Source: Polyangiaceae bacterium (GTDB lineage: Bacteria; Myxococcota_A; Polyangia; Polyangiales; Polyangiaceae). From it: DNA of 64,000 bases. Every line of letters starts with the position of its first letter. The stretch's first letter is position 1. A model generated the notes under the pieces. The model was not told where the DNA came from, searched no databases, and saw nothing but the letters and a program-made list of their open reading frames with translations. A program made the position numbers and the translations under genes. The stretch is from NCBI GenBank assembly GCA_050287085.1, contig JBNKBE010000003.1, forward strand, positions 143,350 through 207,349, given 5' to 3'. This document shows, one piece after another, positions 35,884 to 49,225 of the stretch.

Positions 35884-36528
35884 ATGGCAGCACTTCTCCA
35901 GGTCAATGAACAGAACTTCGAGCGGGAGGTCCTCAACAGTGAGACCCCGGTCTTGCTCGAGTTCGGCGCCGAATGGTGTGGCCCTTGCAAGACCGTTGCC
36001 CCGGAGCTCGAAGCCCTCGCGAGGGAGCTAGACGGCAAACTGCGCGTGGTGACGGTCGACATCGATCGCGCCCCCATGCTGACGCAGCAATTTGGTGTTC
36101 AGTCGGTACCGGCATTTGCCGTATTTGTCGGCGGGCGCCCCGTGGCCGCGAAAATGGGTGCCCTGTCCCGAATCCAGCTCCGCCAACTAGTAGAGCCATT
36201 CTTGCCCCGAGCTGCCGGCTCTCTGAAACCCGAAGAAGTGAAGAAACTCATCGCCGCCGGACAGGTTGTCCCCGTGGATACCCGCGACGCGGCGGCATTT
36301 GGTCGCGCTCGCCTCCCCCAGGCCGTGCACATGCCGCTAGACGAGATTCAGACGCGTCTGGCAGAGCTCAGCACGCTCGGCGGAGTGCCCGTGTTGTATT
36401 GCCGCGGTGGGGACAAGAGCTCCGAGCTGGCGACGAAGCTGACCGCAGCAGGGGCACCCGTCGCCTTCATGGAAGGTGGGTTGTTGGGCTGGGAAGGCGC
36501 AGGGCTCGAAGTCGAGCGCCCCGATTGA
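35884..36528 (+). CDS. Thioredoxin-rhodanese fusion protein
   Basis: WCGPC thioredoxin domain; rhodanese DTR....F...RLPQA, YCRGGDKS, MEGGLLGW. Confidence 0.9.
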   Translation: MAALLQVNEQNFEREVLNSETPVLLEFGAEWCGPCKTVAPELEALARELDGKLRVVTVDIDRAPMLTQQFGVQSVPAFAVFVGGRPVAAKMGALSRIQLRQLVEPFLPRAAGSLKPEEVKKLIAAGQVVPVDTRDAAAFGRARLPQAVHMPLDEIQTRLAELSTLGGVPVLYCRGGDKSSELATKLTAAGAPVAFMEGGLLGWEGAGLEVERPD

Positions 36529-36546
36529 GTCGCTGTGGACCGTCGT

Positions 36547-36613
36547 GGAGCGCCGTGAGCCGTGGGGCGCTGTGGGCCGCGGAGCGCTGTGAGCCGTGGG
36601 GCGCTGTGGGCCG
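36547..36613. repeat. Tandem duplication, 33-nt unit x2 (period 34)
   Basis: GGAGCGCYGTGAGCCGTGGGGCGCTGTGGGCCG at 36547 and 36581, one mismatch. Confidence 0.9.
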
Positions 36614-37309
36614 TTAGCCAGCTTGCCCGCGCGCGACTCGTACTAGTTCGTCTCGCTTGCCCGCTAGGCGAAGTAGCAGCTCCCCCTGAGACTTGACCCC
36701 GGTCTTGCGGAAGATGCGCTTGAGATGGTTGCGGACGGTATAGGGACTAAGACTCAAACACTCCGCAATACCGCCGACGCGCAGACCCGAACGAAGCAAG
36801 CGGACCACCTCGTGTTCGCGACGGGTCAAAGTGCGCAGCACGGGCTCGCTACCTGAGGCCGGGGCTGGAGGGATGACCGAACCTGTTTCGCGCGTACCGA
36901 TGTGGCGCTCAATCTCCGTAAAGGGGATCACAACGGCCCGGCCCCCCACGAAGATCTGTGACGCTCCAAAATCGCCGAGGGACGATTGCACCACCGTGGG
37001 TGCGGCGAAGAACAAACACAACACGGCCTCGTCACACCGCGAGCGCAACGAGAGAGCAAATGAGCTTCCGGGCGGCCCAGACTCCTGTCGCCACTCGCGC
37101 TCGAACAACACCCGATCGGCGTCCTCGTAGAGGAGGTGCGAAAGGGGACGGCCTAGCAGCTCAGCCGGTGCATACCCCAACATCACCGCAAAGTACCTGT
37201 TGACCAACCCCATGGTGCCGTCCGCTGTCCACTGCAAGTGTCCAACAGGTAGCGAGTCCAACGCGGCAGAGTCGGGAAGATACGGAGCTATCGAAGCGCC
37301 GATCGTCAT
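36614..37309 (-). CDS. PAS + LuxR-type HTH transcriptional regulator
   Basis: PAS (VNRYFAVMLGYAPAELLG); LuxR LTRREHEVVRLL..G..IAECLSLSPYTVRNHLKRIFRK. ATG 37309. Confidence 0.88.
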   Translation of the reverse strand: MTIGASIAPYLPDSAALDSLPVGHLQWTADGTMGLVNRYFAVMLGYAPAELLGRPLSHLLYEDADRVLFEREWRQESGPPGSSFALSLRSRCDEAVLCLFFAAPTVVQSSLGDFGASQIFVGGRAVVIPFTEIERHIGTRETGSVIPPAPASGSEPVLRTLTRREHEVVRLLRSGLRVGGIAECLSLSPYTVRNHLKRIFRKTGVKSQGELLLRLAGKRDELVRVARGQAG

Positions 37310-37912
37310 GCCCGGATTGCTCCGAGCTGCTCGGCATACTTCGCGCTGAAACAATTGGCACCACGACTTCTTGCAAAAGTGCAGCGCAGCCTAACAAGGT
37401 TGAATCCTAACAGCATGACAACCACGAGCACCCGTCCAGGGCACAGTCCTTCATCGCGGCCCTTCACTGCGGCTGCAGTGTTACCGTCAGCCAACGATCC
37501 CATCGACAACAGGTGTCGCCCGACATCGGACCAACCAGAGCCAAGCAAACACGCCACGCCAGCATGGCTGCCGTAGAAAACTCCACCACCGCGGCTTTTC
37601 CGCGGTCACGCCGTCGTAGCGCTTATCTAACGCGTCTAGCTTTTACCGAAACCGGAGCAGGTGTACACCCTCTTTCGGCTTCAGAGCGACGCCGAGGCAC
37701 TCGCCTCCGCCGTTGGCTCGATTTGGGTCTCCTAAGAATCTACTCATGCCCAATTTTTGAGCGTGCTTCCGAAAAGCACCGTGGCGTCCGTCAAAGCAGC
37801 CTCCTGGTGAAACGCCACGGGCCGGCCGCGGCATGCACGCCCTCGCCCACAAGGTGGCATTGTTTGTCCGAGCTCGGCGCGCGGAGCTGGCCATGACGGT
37901 GCCCGCAGTTGC

Positions 37913-38389
37913 ATGTCACAACCCATGACTCCAGATGGTTTGTGGTTGTGGCTCGCGGCGAGCGTAGCGCTAGTGCTCTCGGTGCTCGCCGCGGGCCTCC
38001 GTGTCGGCTTGTGGTGGGCCGCCCTGCAACGGCGGCGCCAGGTTGAGCGCCGCGTACGCGGCGCTCAACTGAAGGAGCTCGAGGCTACGTCACTGCTCAC
38101 TCGTCTCGGCTACGAGGTGCTCGCCGAACAGGCGGTGGTGGACTGGGTGATCGAGGCGGACGACCAGCCCTTGAGGATTCGCTTGCGAGCTGACTACATC
38201 ATCACGCGCAACGGAAAGGTGTTCGTCGCAGATGCCAAGTTTGGAGACGTAGCCACCTCGCTTCGCAGCGGCGCTACGCGTCGCCAGCTGCTCGAGTATC
38301 GCCTGGCCTACGACGTCGACGGGGTGGTGCTTCTCGACATGACCCGCGAGCGTGCGGTCAGGGTATCGTTTCCAGCACTAGCCGCTTGA
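37913..38389 (+). CDS. Membrane-anchored PD-(D/E)xK nuclease-fold protein (YraN/Mrr-like)
   Basis: N-terminal TM; E.EA..LL..LGYEVL; RADYII...VADAKFG; RRQLLEY. Confidence 0.6.
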   Translation: MSQPMTPDGLWLWLAASVALVLSVLAAGLRVGLWWAALQRRRQVERRVRGAQLKELEATSLLTRLGYEVLAEQAVVDWVIEADDQPLRIRLRADYIITRNGKVFVADAKFGDVATSLRSGATRRQLLEYRLAYDVDGVVLLDMTRERAVRVSFPALAA

Positions 38390-38466
38390 GAACACCCACA
38401 AATACGCAACGACCCGGGATGCTCACGAGAGCCCCCGGGTCGTTGCGCCACGAACGCCGAAAGGCC

Positions 38467-41868
<3,402 letters not shown>

Positions 41869-42214
41869 AGCCCTTTCGCCCGAGCCCCGCCTCCCAGTCT
41901 GGCCGCGCAGAGGGCACGCTGCCTCTTGTGCCCCCGCCTCTCTGGTGGGGCTCGGCCACATCACCCACATCGAGCCCCGACGAGCGCTCGCCGGCCGCCA
42001 CATCAAGCGCGTGTTTCACAACGCGCCCGAGCACACCGCTCCAGAAAAAAACTTCAGCCAACGTGCAAGGCGTCTTTACAGCGCGCCCTTGGGATGCCAA
42101 GCCGTCCCACAATCCGGGGGTGTGCCTCGACCTGGCTCGCCCTTGCGGTCTACACTGCTACATGCGCCTACCTTGGTCGCGTTCGCCTGTTTGCTTATCT
42201 CTAAGGACTCGACG

Positions 42215-44302
42215 ATGAAAAAGTTCTCCCCGCTAATGCTGCTGGGACTAGTTGCAGCCCTCCTATCCGGCTGTACTTCAGACGCCAAACCCGACACAGA
42301 GGAACCCGGTGGCGGTGGTAGTTGCCCCCCGAGTGCCCCGAGCTTGTGTCCGGCGACTACCTCATTCCCGCAAGGCTACTGCGCCGATATCCAACAAGAC
42401 ACGCAGAATTGCGGGTCCTGCGGCAACCACTGCCCTGACGGCCTTGCTTGCTCCAATGGACAATGCGCATGTCCCGGCGGAAAGACCCTGTGCCAAGGAG
42501 TCTGCGTCGATCTGCAAAGCGACCCGCAGAACTGCGGGATGTGCGCTCAGGACTGCGGCGGGCTCTTCTGCAATGTGGGCAGCTGCAGCGCAACCTGTTC
42601 ACAGACGACCTGCGCCAGTGGCGCAGGGCAAGTCTGTGTCGATCCCACTTCGAGCCCAGATCATTGCGGCGAATGTGGCAACGCGTGCGGGGCTGGACAG
42701 GCCTGCACCGGCGGAAGCTGCACATGCCCTGGAGGCGCAGCCGCCTGCAACGGCATGTGCTGCTCAGCAGGCGCCACCTGTGACGGCACCCAATGCGTCG
42801 CTGTCACGCCTGGCGGAGGAGGCAACGCCAACGGCGGCGCTGGCAACGGCGACAACGCCGGCGCTGGCGGCATGAGTGGCGGTGCCAACAACGACAACGG
42901 GGGCGCGAGCAACGGTGGGGCCACCGACAACAACGGCGGCGATCCTCCCGGCTACTGGCGGTACGGCGACTGGAAGGGCTGCGTCTGGACCGGAGTAGAC
43001 GTCGAGGATGTCGGAACCACAGCCACCCCGGAGGATTTTCGTGACCGGGCACCTACCGATGCGTACTGCCTCAGCGGCACCGTTGGAGCTGATGAAGACT
43101 ACGCGTCGGTCGCCCTGCTCGGCTTCAACCTCAACGAGGATCCAGCCGGCGCCGACTGTGCCTACGATCCCACAGACGCAACCGCCAAAGGTCCCCCAGG
43201 CGTCACGCTCACAGCTGAAGGCATTGCCGCCGACTTCGTAAAGCAGGGGGCTGACACCAGCTTTGTCCTGCGCGTTCAGCTTCAGGGTCCAGACGGGGCC
43301 ACCGACGAGAACGACCGCTGGTGCGCCACCATTGACGCTGTCCAGGGCAAGGTATTCGTCCCGTATAGCGACTTCAACACGGCTTGCTGGGATGGTACAG
43401 GCGACGCCTACGCAGGTCAGCCGGTTTCAGCCGTAGTCTTTCTCGTTCCGGGCAGCCAGGAACCAACCCCCTACGACTTCTGTGTAAACGGATTTGCCGC
43501 TGGCACCAGCGCCTCCGACGCCCCCGATGGCCCCGCCCAAGCCGGGGATCTAACGGGGCGAGTGGGAAGCGACGGCGCCGAGGGCGACTTCGAACGCGCC
43601 AAGGTCGTGGCCGATGGCGAAGAATACATCATCCAGAACAACAACTGGGGCAACCCCGACAGCACGAACCTGATCCTCGAGTACAAGAACAACAGCTTCA
43701 AGGTCGTCGAGGGCCGCGGTGAAGGGGGCAACGGGCAGGGCGTACCGTCGTCATTCCCCTCTATCTACATCGGTGCCAACGGCTTCACGCAGAACGGCGT
43801 GCTCGCAACCTCCGGCACCGACAACCTGCCGAAGCAAGTCTCCCAGATCAACAGCATCCAAACCACGTTCGAGTGGTCCGGGACCACCGACTCGTTCAAC
43901 GCGACCTACGATGTGTGGTTTGCCAATAGCCCTCCCGCGACGGAGTACAAGGACGGCATCGACGGCTTCCTCATGGTTTGGCTCCACGATCCGGCGGACG
44001 CCCAGCCGATCGGCGGCCAAACGCGGTCTGCTAACATCGCCGGGACTAGCTGGCAGGTCTGGACTGGTGAGCGTGGACCCGGGCCCGACGGCTACAACGA
44101 CGCACCGGTCGTGTCGTACGTCGCCAATCAGTCGATGAATGCCCTCACGTTCGATCTAAAAGACTTCATCGACGACGCGGTGCAGAACAACAACCTCAGT
44201 GGCAGCATGTACTTGACCGACGTGTTCGCTGGCTTCGAGATCTGGCGCGGCGGCGCTGGCGGCAATCTCGGCGTCGACAAGTTCACTTGCAAGGTTGAAT
44301 GA
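42215..44302 (+). CDS. Lipoprotein: Cys-rich repeats + Gly/Asn linker + putative carbohydrate-binding domain + GH12-like domain
   Basis: AAGGA RBS; lipobox LLSGC; C..D..(N/H)CG.C repeats; GH12-like YIIQNNNWG, SFPSIYIG, NATYDVWF, LMVWL, AGFEIW. Confidence 0.85.
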   Translation: MKKFSPLMLLGLVAALLSGCTSDAKPDTEEPGGGGSCPPSAPSLCPATTSFPQGYCADIQQDTQNCGSCGNHCPDGLACSNGQCACPGGKTLCQGVCVDLQSDPQNCGMCAQDCGGLFCNVGSCSATCSQTTCASGAGQVCVDPTSSPDHCGECGNACGAGQACTGGSCTCPGGAAACNGMCCSAGATCDGTQCVAVTPGGGGNANGGAGNGDNAGAGGMSGGANNDNGGASNGGATDNNGGDPPGYWRYGDWKGCVWTGVDVEDVGTTATPEDFRDRAPTDAYCLSGTVGADEDYASVALLGFNLNEDPAGADCAYDPTDATAKGPPGVTLTAEGIAADFVKQGADTSFVLRVQLQGPDGATDENDRWCATIDAVQGKVFVPYSDFNTACWDGTGDAYAGQPVSAVVFLVPGSQEPTPYDFCVNGFAAGTSASDAPDGPAQAGDLTGRVGSDGAEGDFERAKVVADGEEYIIQNNNWGNPDSTNLILEYKNNSFKVVEGRGEGGNGQGVPSSFPSIYIGANGFTQNGVLATSGTDNLPKQVSQINSIQTTFEWSGTTDSFNATYDVWFANSPPATEYKDGIDGFLMVWLHDPADAQPIGGQTRSANIAGTSWQVWTGERGPGPDGYNDAPVVSYVANQSMNALTFDLKDFIDDAVQNNNLSGSMYLTDVFAGFEIWRGGAGGNLGVDKFTCKVE

Positions 44303-44337
44303 GCCAATCGGGCGAAACCGACGCCCGAGCCACCAAG

Positions 44338-44376
44338 ACGCCTCATCCGCAAATCGCGGCTGAGGCGTTTTCATTT
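44338..44376 (+). terminator. Intrinsic terminator after the GH12-like gene
   Basis: ACGCCTCA-TCCGC-AAATC-GCGGC-TGAGGCGT followed by TTTCATTT. Confidence 0.65.
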
Positions 44377-44448
44377 CTGTTGGCTGAACCCAGCGCCTTC
44401 CATGACGGCACGCGCAAAGCCCCCAGGCCCCCCTTCACACCCTGGCCC

Positions 44449-45456
44449 TCAGTATGAGTAGCGCAGACCGCCGACGAAGCCCGCGCCGTCGATCTGCGCC
44501 GTGGGCACCCAAGGCTGCTCTTCGGGCCATAGCGCCCAGGTGATGAGCATGGCCGCCGCACTCGCCCCCGCCACACTGAACCCGACCCAGCTCCGAGAGC
44601 CCGCCGCTAGCGCTTTCGTTTCGTACTCCGCCCGATCGTGGCAAATGTCGAGCTGTGACGAGAGAGTGCAATCCAGGGTCGTCTGCTTTTCGAGCTTAGC
44701 AAGTTGGCTCTCATACCCGCGCTGCTTCACCAAGAACCCCACGCCAAGCCCTACCCCCCCGAGCGCCAAGACGCCTTGCACACCCAGAGCGATGTAGAAG
44801 GCTGGCTCCGCAGAGTCTATGGGGCCTGCTGGGCCAGCAACGGGTGCAGCCGCCGAGGTGGTGCGTCTGCGCGGAATCAGCGCGATATCGATCACCTTGT
44901 CATCGCCTGGCCTGGCCTCAAATCGCAGGATGAAGTCTTCATAGCCGGGAGCAGAGACCAGCACTTCGCGCATGCCGGGATCGATCTGTATCGCATCCCG
45001 CGTTTCACCCAACCCACGCTCCTGGCCGTCCAGATACCAACGCATCTTCGGTGGTTGTCTGGCCAGAACCAGCCGCATCTGCGGGAAATTGGCCCTAAGA
45101 TTGGCGATGGACGCGCCCACGACATCCGCCACGTCAGGCGCACTGGCCCCACCGTCCAGCAAGGCTTGAACCCGGTGATACTCGGCCATGGCGTCGTGCC
45201 AGCGCGACTGCTGCTCGATGCAGAACGCCAGATGAAAACGAAGCCCCGGAGTCTCCTTCAGTTCCGTAGCGCGCAGCAGAAGTCGCTCGCACTCACGCCA
45301 CTGCCCCGCGGCCTGAGCTGCCTCCGCTTGCTCAAAAAGGCGCTGCGCCTCGATGATATGGGCCGGCACGCTCGGCTCCGCCGCAGATAGCGTCGCATAG
45401 CCATTGAGACCCGCGACGAGGGCTATCGTTGATGGGAATCGTGCTCTCAGCTTCAT
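44449..45456 (-). CDS. TPR + PEGA-like protein with C-terminal membrane/beta segment
   Basis: Signal peptide; TPGLRFHLAFC; YLDGQ..IDPG.REVLVSAPGY; hydrophobic C-terminus ending in LRYSY. Confidence 0.8.
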   Translation of the reverse strand: MKLRARFPSTIALVAGLNGYATLSAAEPSVPAHIIEAQRLFEQAEAAQAAGQWRECERLLLRATELKETPGLRFHLAFCIEQQSRWHDAMAEYHRVQALLDGGASAPDVADVVGASIANLRANFPQMRLVLARQPPKMRWYLDGQERGLGETRDAIQIDPGMREVLVSAPGYEDFILRFEARPGDDKVIDIALIPRRRTTSAAAPVAGPAGPIDSAEPAFYIALGVQGVLALGGVGLGVGFLVKQRGYESQLAKLEKQTTLDCTLSSQLDICHDRAEYETKALAAGSRSWVGFSVAGASAAAMLITWALWPEEQPWVPTAQIDGAGFVGGLRYSY

Positions 45457-45459
45457 CTG

Positions 45460-46575
45460 TCAGAATCTCCCTCGGAGCGACACGCCCGCGCCGCTGAGTA
45501 ATGCTAGCTCAGGCGCAAGTGCTGCTTCCGAATCATCACCAAGAGGAAGAAGCAGAAGCAGACTTGCGGTTCCTAACACGGCCAGCCCAGCCGCACCGTA
45601 TCCGAGATAGGCCTCCTTCTGACGCGATCGGGACCAAGCTTCAAGCAGCTTCGCGTTCAAGCAGTCAAATGGCGTAGACCGCCCGCAAACGCCCTTTCCA
45701 TATCGCTCCTCCGCCGCCCGGCTCGCGTCCTGCGCGGAACGCTCAAACGCCCAGGCATCGGTCTGCATCTTGCCAGCGTACGCGGCGGACGCCACGAGCA
45801 ACGTAGCCCCGGTCGCAAGGACGGCAGCCCGCCAATGTGTTTCGCGACGTCCCTGCTCCGGAGCAACGCCGGCTCCCAGCGGCCGCAGCACAGCGCGTAG
45901 CACCTGCCGCTGACCGGCTGCACAGGGTGCTGTTCCAACGTAGTCGGCATAGCCGGCACTGGTGACTCGAAAAGAGTGTGCCCCCGGCGACAGGAAGAAC
46001 ATGCCGTCCGCGGCGACCGCGACAACGGCGCGCCCGTCCACCTCCACATGAGCCGGCCTGACGGAGCTGTCTACCGTCCAACTGCAGACGTGCAAGCGGG
46101 CCTCGCTCAACCCGGCTTCAACCTTGGAGCGAAGCGGCTTGTCCGAGGCCGGCGGCATCCGAGCCAACGCCTCAGCCAGGTGCTCAGCGGCATCGCGGTA
46201 GGCCCCCACATACAACTCCACCTGGCCCAGCAAAGTCGCCGTCCGATAACTTGGCGCGGCGTGGTGTGCGTCCTCTAGTTTGGAACGTGCCAGGGGGTAG
46301 CGGCCCGCTTCGAAGTCTTCAACGGCTCCAATGACCAGCCCGTCAACGACGCTACCGTTCACGTCGCTGCCGCTCGCGTCCCCGGCAGCGGTGGCCTCCG
46401 AAGCGTATGCGGACCGGCTGCCCTCCAACAACAGCAGACAAGACGGCAGGACCACCCCACCGCCTCGCAGTAGACTGCAGCAGACAACCGCGGCCCACGA
46501 GAGCCGGTCAAAACGCAACTTCCAGACGAGGGCACTCCGCCAGCGTCGCTCCGCACCCCTACAAGAAACCTTCAT
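45460..46575 (-). CDS. TPR + PEGA-like protein
   Basis: LLGQVELYVG.YRDAAEHL; VEVDGR..LSPGAHSFRVTSAGY; ends in SLRGRF. Start uncertain. Confidence 0.75.
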   Translation of the reverse strand: MKVSCRGAERRWRSALVWKLRFDRLSWAAVVCCSLLRGGGVVLPSCLLLLEGSRSAYASEATAAGDASGSDVNGSVVDGLVIGAVEDFEAGRYPLARSKLEDAHHAAPSYRTATLLGQVELYVGAYRDAAEHLAEALARMPPASDKPLRSKVEAGLSEARLHVCSWTVDSSVRPAHVEVDGRAVVAVAADGMFFLSPGAHSFRVTSAGYADYVGTAPCAAGQRQVLRAVLRPLGAGVAPEQGRRETHWRAAVLATGATLLVASAAYAGKMQTDAWAFERSAQDASRAAEERYGKGVCGRSTPFDCLNAKLLEAWSRSRQKEAYLGYGAAGLAVLGTASLLLLLPLGDDSEAALAPELALLSGAGVSLRGRF

Positions 46576-46659
46576 CCCACAAGCACCGATACCACGCTTT
46601 CCATTCTTCGAGCCACGAAGACAAGCCCAATCGCCGCAACAAAGGCCCGCGAAGCTGCG

Positions 46660-47094
46660 CTATCCAGCTCGTCCGAGAGGAGCGGGCGCCCCCGCCTCGG
46701 GGAGATGGTCGAGAGAGGCAAGAAGCCCCTCTCCTTCTTCCCATTCCCCCCAGATGTCGACCGCGGTCCAATACTTTTCCAGAAGCAACCAGCTGACGAG
46801 GCCCCCCAGCAGCACGGCGACAAACGCCACGGCAAAAACCCCAAACACAGGTTTGGGTGCAGGAGCCCCGACTGCGCGCATAGACAAGAGCGTCGGTTGC
46901 CGCCTGGGATCGATCGTCGGAGCCAAGCGGACTCGAGCGTCGTCGAGGGTCCGGTAGTCGCTCTCAGCGGGGACGGACACCCTGACCGAGCGCGGAGCTG
47001 ACGCAACGACCGGTGCCGAGCCATCTCCTAGCTCACCCTCGCTTCTGCCACCAGCGCCCTGTTCTTCCACGACCGCTTCCGAGTACCTCACCAC
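46660..47094 (-). CDS. Hypothetical single-TM protein
   Basis: Co-oriented with the PEGA pair; TM VFGVFAVAFVAVLLGGLVSWLLL. Confidence 0.5.
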   Translation of the reverse strand: MVRYSEAVVEEQGAGGRSEGELGDGSAPVVASAPRSVRVSVPAESDYRTLDDARVRLAPTIDPRRQPTLLSMRAVGAPAPKPVFGVFAVAFVAVLLGGLVSWLLLEKYWTAVDIWGEWEEGEGLLASLDHLPEAGAPAPLGRAG

Positions 47095-47294
47095 TCTACC
47101 CCCGTCTCAACCCTGGTCGAGTGTATCTTGCCCGCATTGGAACGTCCCGCCTGACCGAACGACGCGTTCCAATACGGCCCGGAAGTCGAGCGCCCGATCG
47201 GAGCTGAATGCCACGGCATTTCCGGACCTTTTTCGGTCGCAGCGGACCTCCATTTGATACGGTCCGCCGCCACGTCCAGCCCCTCGGAGTCCCC

Positions 47295-48914
47295 ATGCTG
47301 ACCGCCACCGGTATCTCAATGAATTTCGGCACGAAAGTGCTCTTCGACAACGTCAACGTCACCTTCAACGACAATGAGCGCTACGGCCTCACGGGTCCCA
47401 ACGGGGCGGGCAAGTCGACCTTCATGAAGATCCTGGCCGGTGAACTGGAGTCGCTCGGCGGACACATCACGGCGCAGGGGCGGCTTGGAGTGCTCAAGCA
47501 GGATCACACTCTATTCGAGGGGGAGCGAATCCTCGACGTCGTGCTGAGGGGGAACCAGAAGCTCTGGGAAGCACTGAGCGAAAAAGACCGACTGCTGGCT
47601 TTGGGCGACCAGCTCAGCGACGACGACGGGATGCGACTCGGGGAGTTGGAAGTCGTGATCGCGGAGGAAGACGGCTACACGGCCGAGCAGGAGGCCATTG
47701 AGCTACTCGAAGGCCTGGGGATCCCCAAAGACTCTCACCACGAGTTGCTCGACACGCTCCAGGGGGGCGACCGCGTCCGTGTGCTCCTGGCTCAAGCCCT
47801 TTTCGGCTCGCCAGACACACTCCTGCTCGACGAGCCCACCAACAGTCTCGACATCGCCAGCATTCGTTGGCTGGAGAGCTTCCTGCACAATTATGAAGGC
47901 GCACTCCTCGTCATCAGCCACGACCGCCACTTCCTGAACGAGGTGTGCACGAAGATCGCAGACATCGACTACGAGACCATCATCATCTACCCGGGCAACT
48001 ACGACGACATGGTGTCCGCCAAGGCGGAAGCCCGCGGCTCGGTCGAACTCGCCAATGCGGCCAAGCAGAAGAAGATCGAGCACCTGCAGGAATTCGTGCA
48101 GCGCTTCAAAGCTGGCTCACGCGCAAGTCAGGTCAAGTCGCGGCAACGTCAGGTGGAGCGCGAAAAGGAGGCTTTGTCCAACCTCAAGCGCTCAAACATC
48201 CAGCGCCCCTTCATCCGCTTCACGCAGCGGCGGCCGAGCGGCAAGAACGTGCTCAACGTAGTCAATCTCAGCAAGAGCTTCGACGAGCAGCGCATCTGCC
48301 GCAACTTCAATATCAGCATCGCTCGGGGACAGAAGATCGCCATTGTTGGACCCAACGGCATCGGCAAGACGAGCATGCTGCGATTGCTGATGGAAGAACT
48401 GCCTGCCGACAGCGGCAGCGTAGAGTGGGGTTATGAAGCCCAGCTAGGCTACATGCCGCAGGACCATCATGAAATGGTCGAGAAGTCCGACCAAACCGCG
48501 CGGGATTGGCTGTGGCAGTTCAACAACAAGATAGACGAAGAGAACCTACGCGCCCTTTTCGGCCGACTGCTCTTCAAGAAGGACGAACCGCTAAAGGCCA
48601 CCAAGGTCCTATCGGGTGGTGAGACCGTCCGGTTGCTCCTGGCTCGCTTGATGTTGCTGGAACCCAATGTGCTCCTGCTCGACGAGCCGACGAATCATCT
48701 CGACCTCGAGGCCATTCGCTCGCTAACCGAAGCAATGGAGAAGTTTGAAGGGACCTGCATCTTCGTGACGCACGATCGGCAGATGGTTTCGCAGGTTGCA
48801 GACCGCGTGCTGGAAATGTCCAAAGAGGGGATCCGTGAGCTGACGCCCGACGAGTTCTCAGAGGGACAGTTCTTGCTCCAGCACAAGACCTACGAAAAGC
48901 CTACCGAATGGTAG
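47295..48914 (+). CDS. ABC-F family ATPase (YbiT-like, ribosome-associated)
   Basis: Two NBDs (GPNGAGKST/LLDEPTN; GPNGIGKT/LSGGE/LLDEPTNHLD), helical linker, no TM; GGAG RBS before ATG 47295. Confidence 0.95.
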   Translation: MLTATGISMNFGTKVLFDNVNVTFNDNERYGLTGPNGAGKSTFMKILAGELESLGGHITAQGRLGVLKQDHTLFEGERILDVVLRGNQKLWEALSEKDRLLALGDQLSDDDGMRLGELEVVIAEEDGYTAEQEAIELLEGLGIPKDSHHELLDTLQGGDRVRVLLAQALFGSPDTLLLDEPTNSLDIASIRWLESFLHNYEGALLVISHDRHFLNEVCTKIADIDYETIIIYPGNYDDMVSAKAEARGSVELANAAKQKKIEHLQEFVQRFKAGSRASQVKSRQRQVEREKEALSNLKRSNIQRPFIRFTQRRPSGKNVLNVVNLSKSFDEQRICRNFNISIARGQKIAIVGPNGIGKTSMLRLLMEELPADSGSVEWGYEAQLGYMPQDHHEMVEKSDQTARDWLWQFNNKIDEENLRALFGRLLFKKDEPLKATKVLSGGETVRLLLARLMLLEPNVLLLDEPTNHLDLEAIRSLTEAMEKFEGTCIFVTHDRQMVSQVADRVLEMSKEGIRELTPDEFSEGQFLLQHKTYEKPTEW

Positions 48915-49015
48915 CAGCTCCGATATCGGGCAAGGACGTCTAACCACGGCGCTCTTGTCCTCGATTGAGGCGTGACCCGCGGGTCAGAATACCCGCGGGG
49001 AATTGGAGCCCGGAG

Positions 49016-49225
49016 CTAGCGCGCCGCTTCGGTGTCTACGCCCACCATGCACAAGACGCGGTTGCCCCGCTTGAGGCGCAATTCGTACTGCCCCACACCA
49101 TAGCTGTCACGCAGCCACTCGGGTGTTGGGCATACCCCAGTCCGTCCCGCCTCTCGCCAGACACTGCCCTGCATCTTCTTCAGGATGATGACAGTCGGGT
49201 CGAGGGGTAGTTCTCGCTGTAGCAT
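49016..49225 (-). CDS. Small hypothetical protein (69 aa)
   Basis: TAGGAG RBS 4 nt before ATG 49225; globular-looking sequence (WLRDSYGVGQYELRLKRG). Confidence 0.55.
   Translation of the reverse strand: MLQRELPLDPTVIILKKMQGSVWREAGRTGVCPTPEWLRDSYGVGQYELRLKRGNRVLCMVGVDTEAAR

Noticed and set aside
37356..37375. Sigma54 promoter TGGCAC...TTGC
   Set aside because: The GG-to-GC spacing is 14 nt rather than the required 10.
47295..48914. Antibiotic-resistance ABC-F
   Set aside because: It looks like a housekeeping YbiT-type protein; no mobile context or clear leader peptide. A subfamily HMM would be needed to say more.
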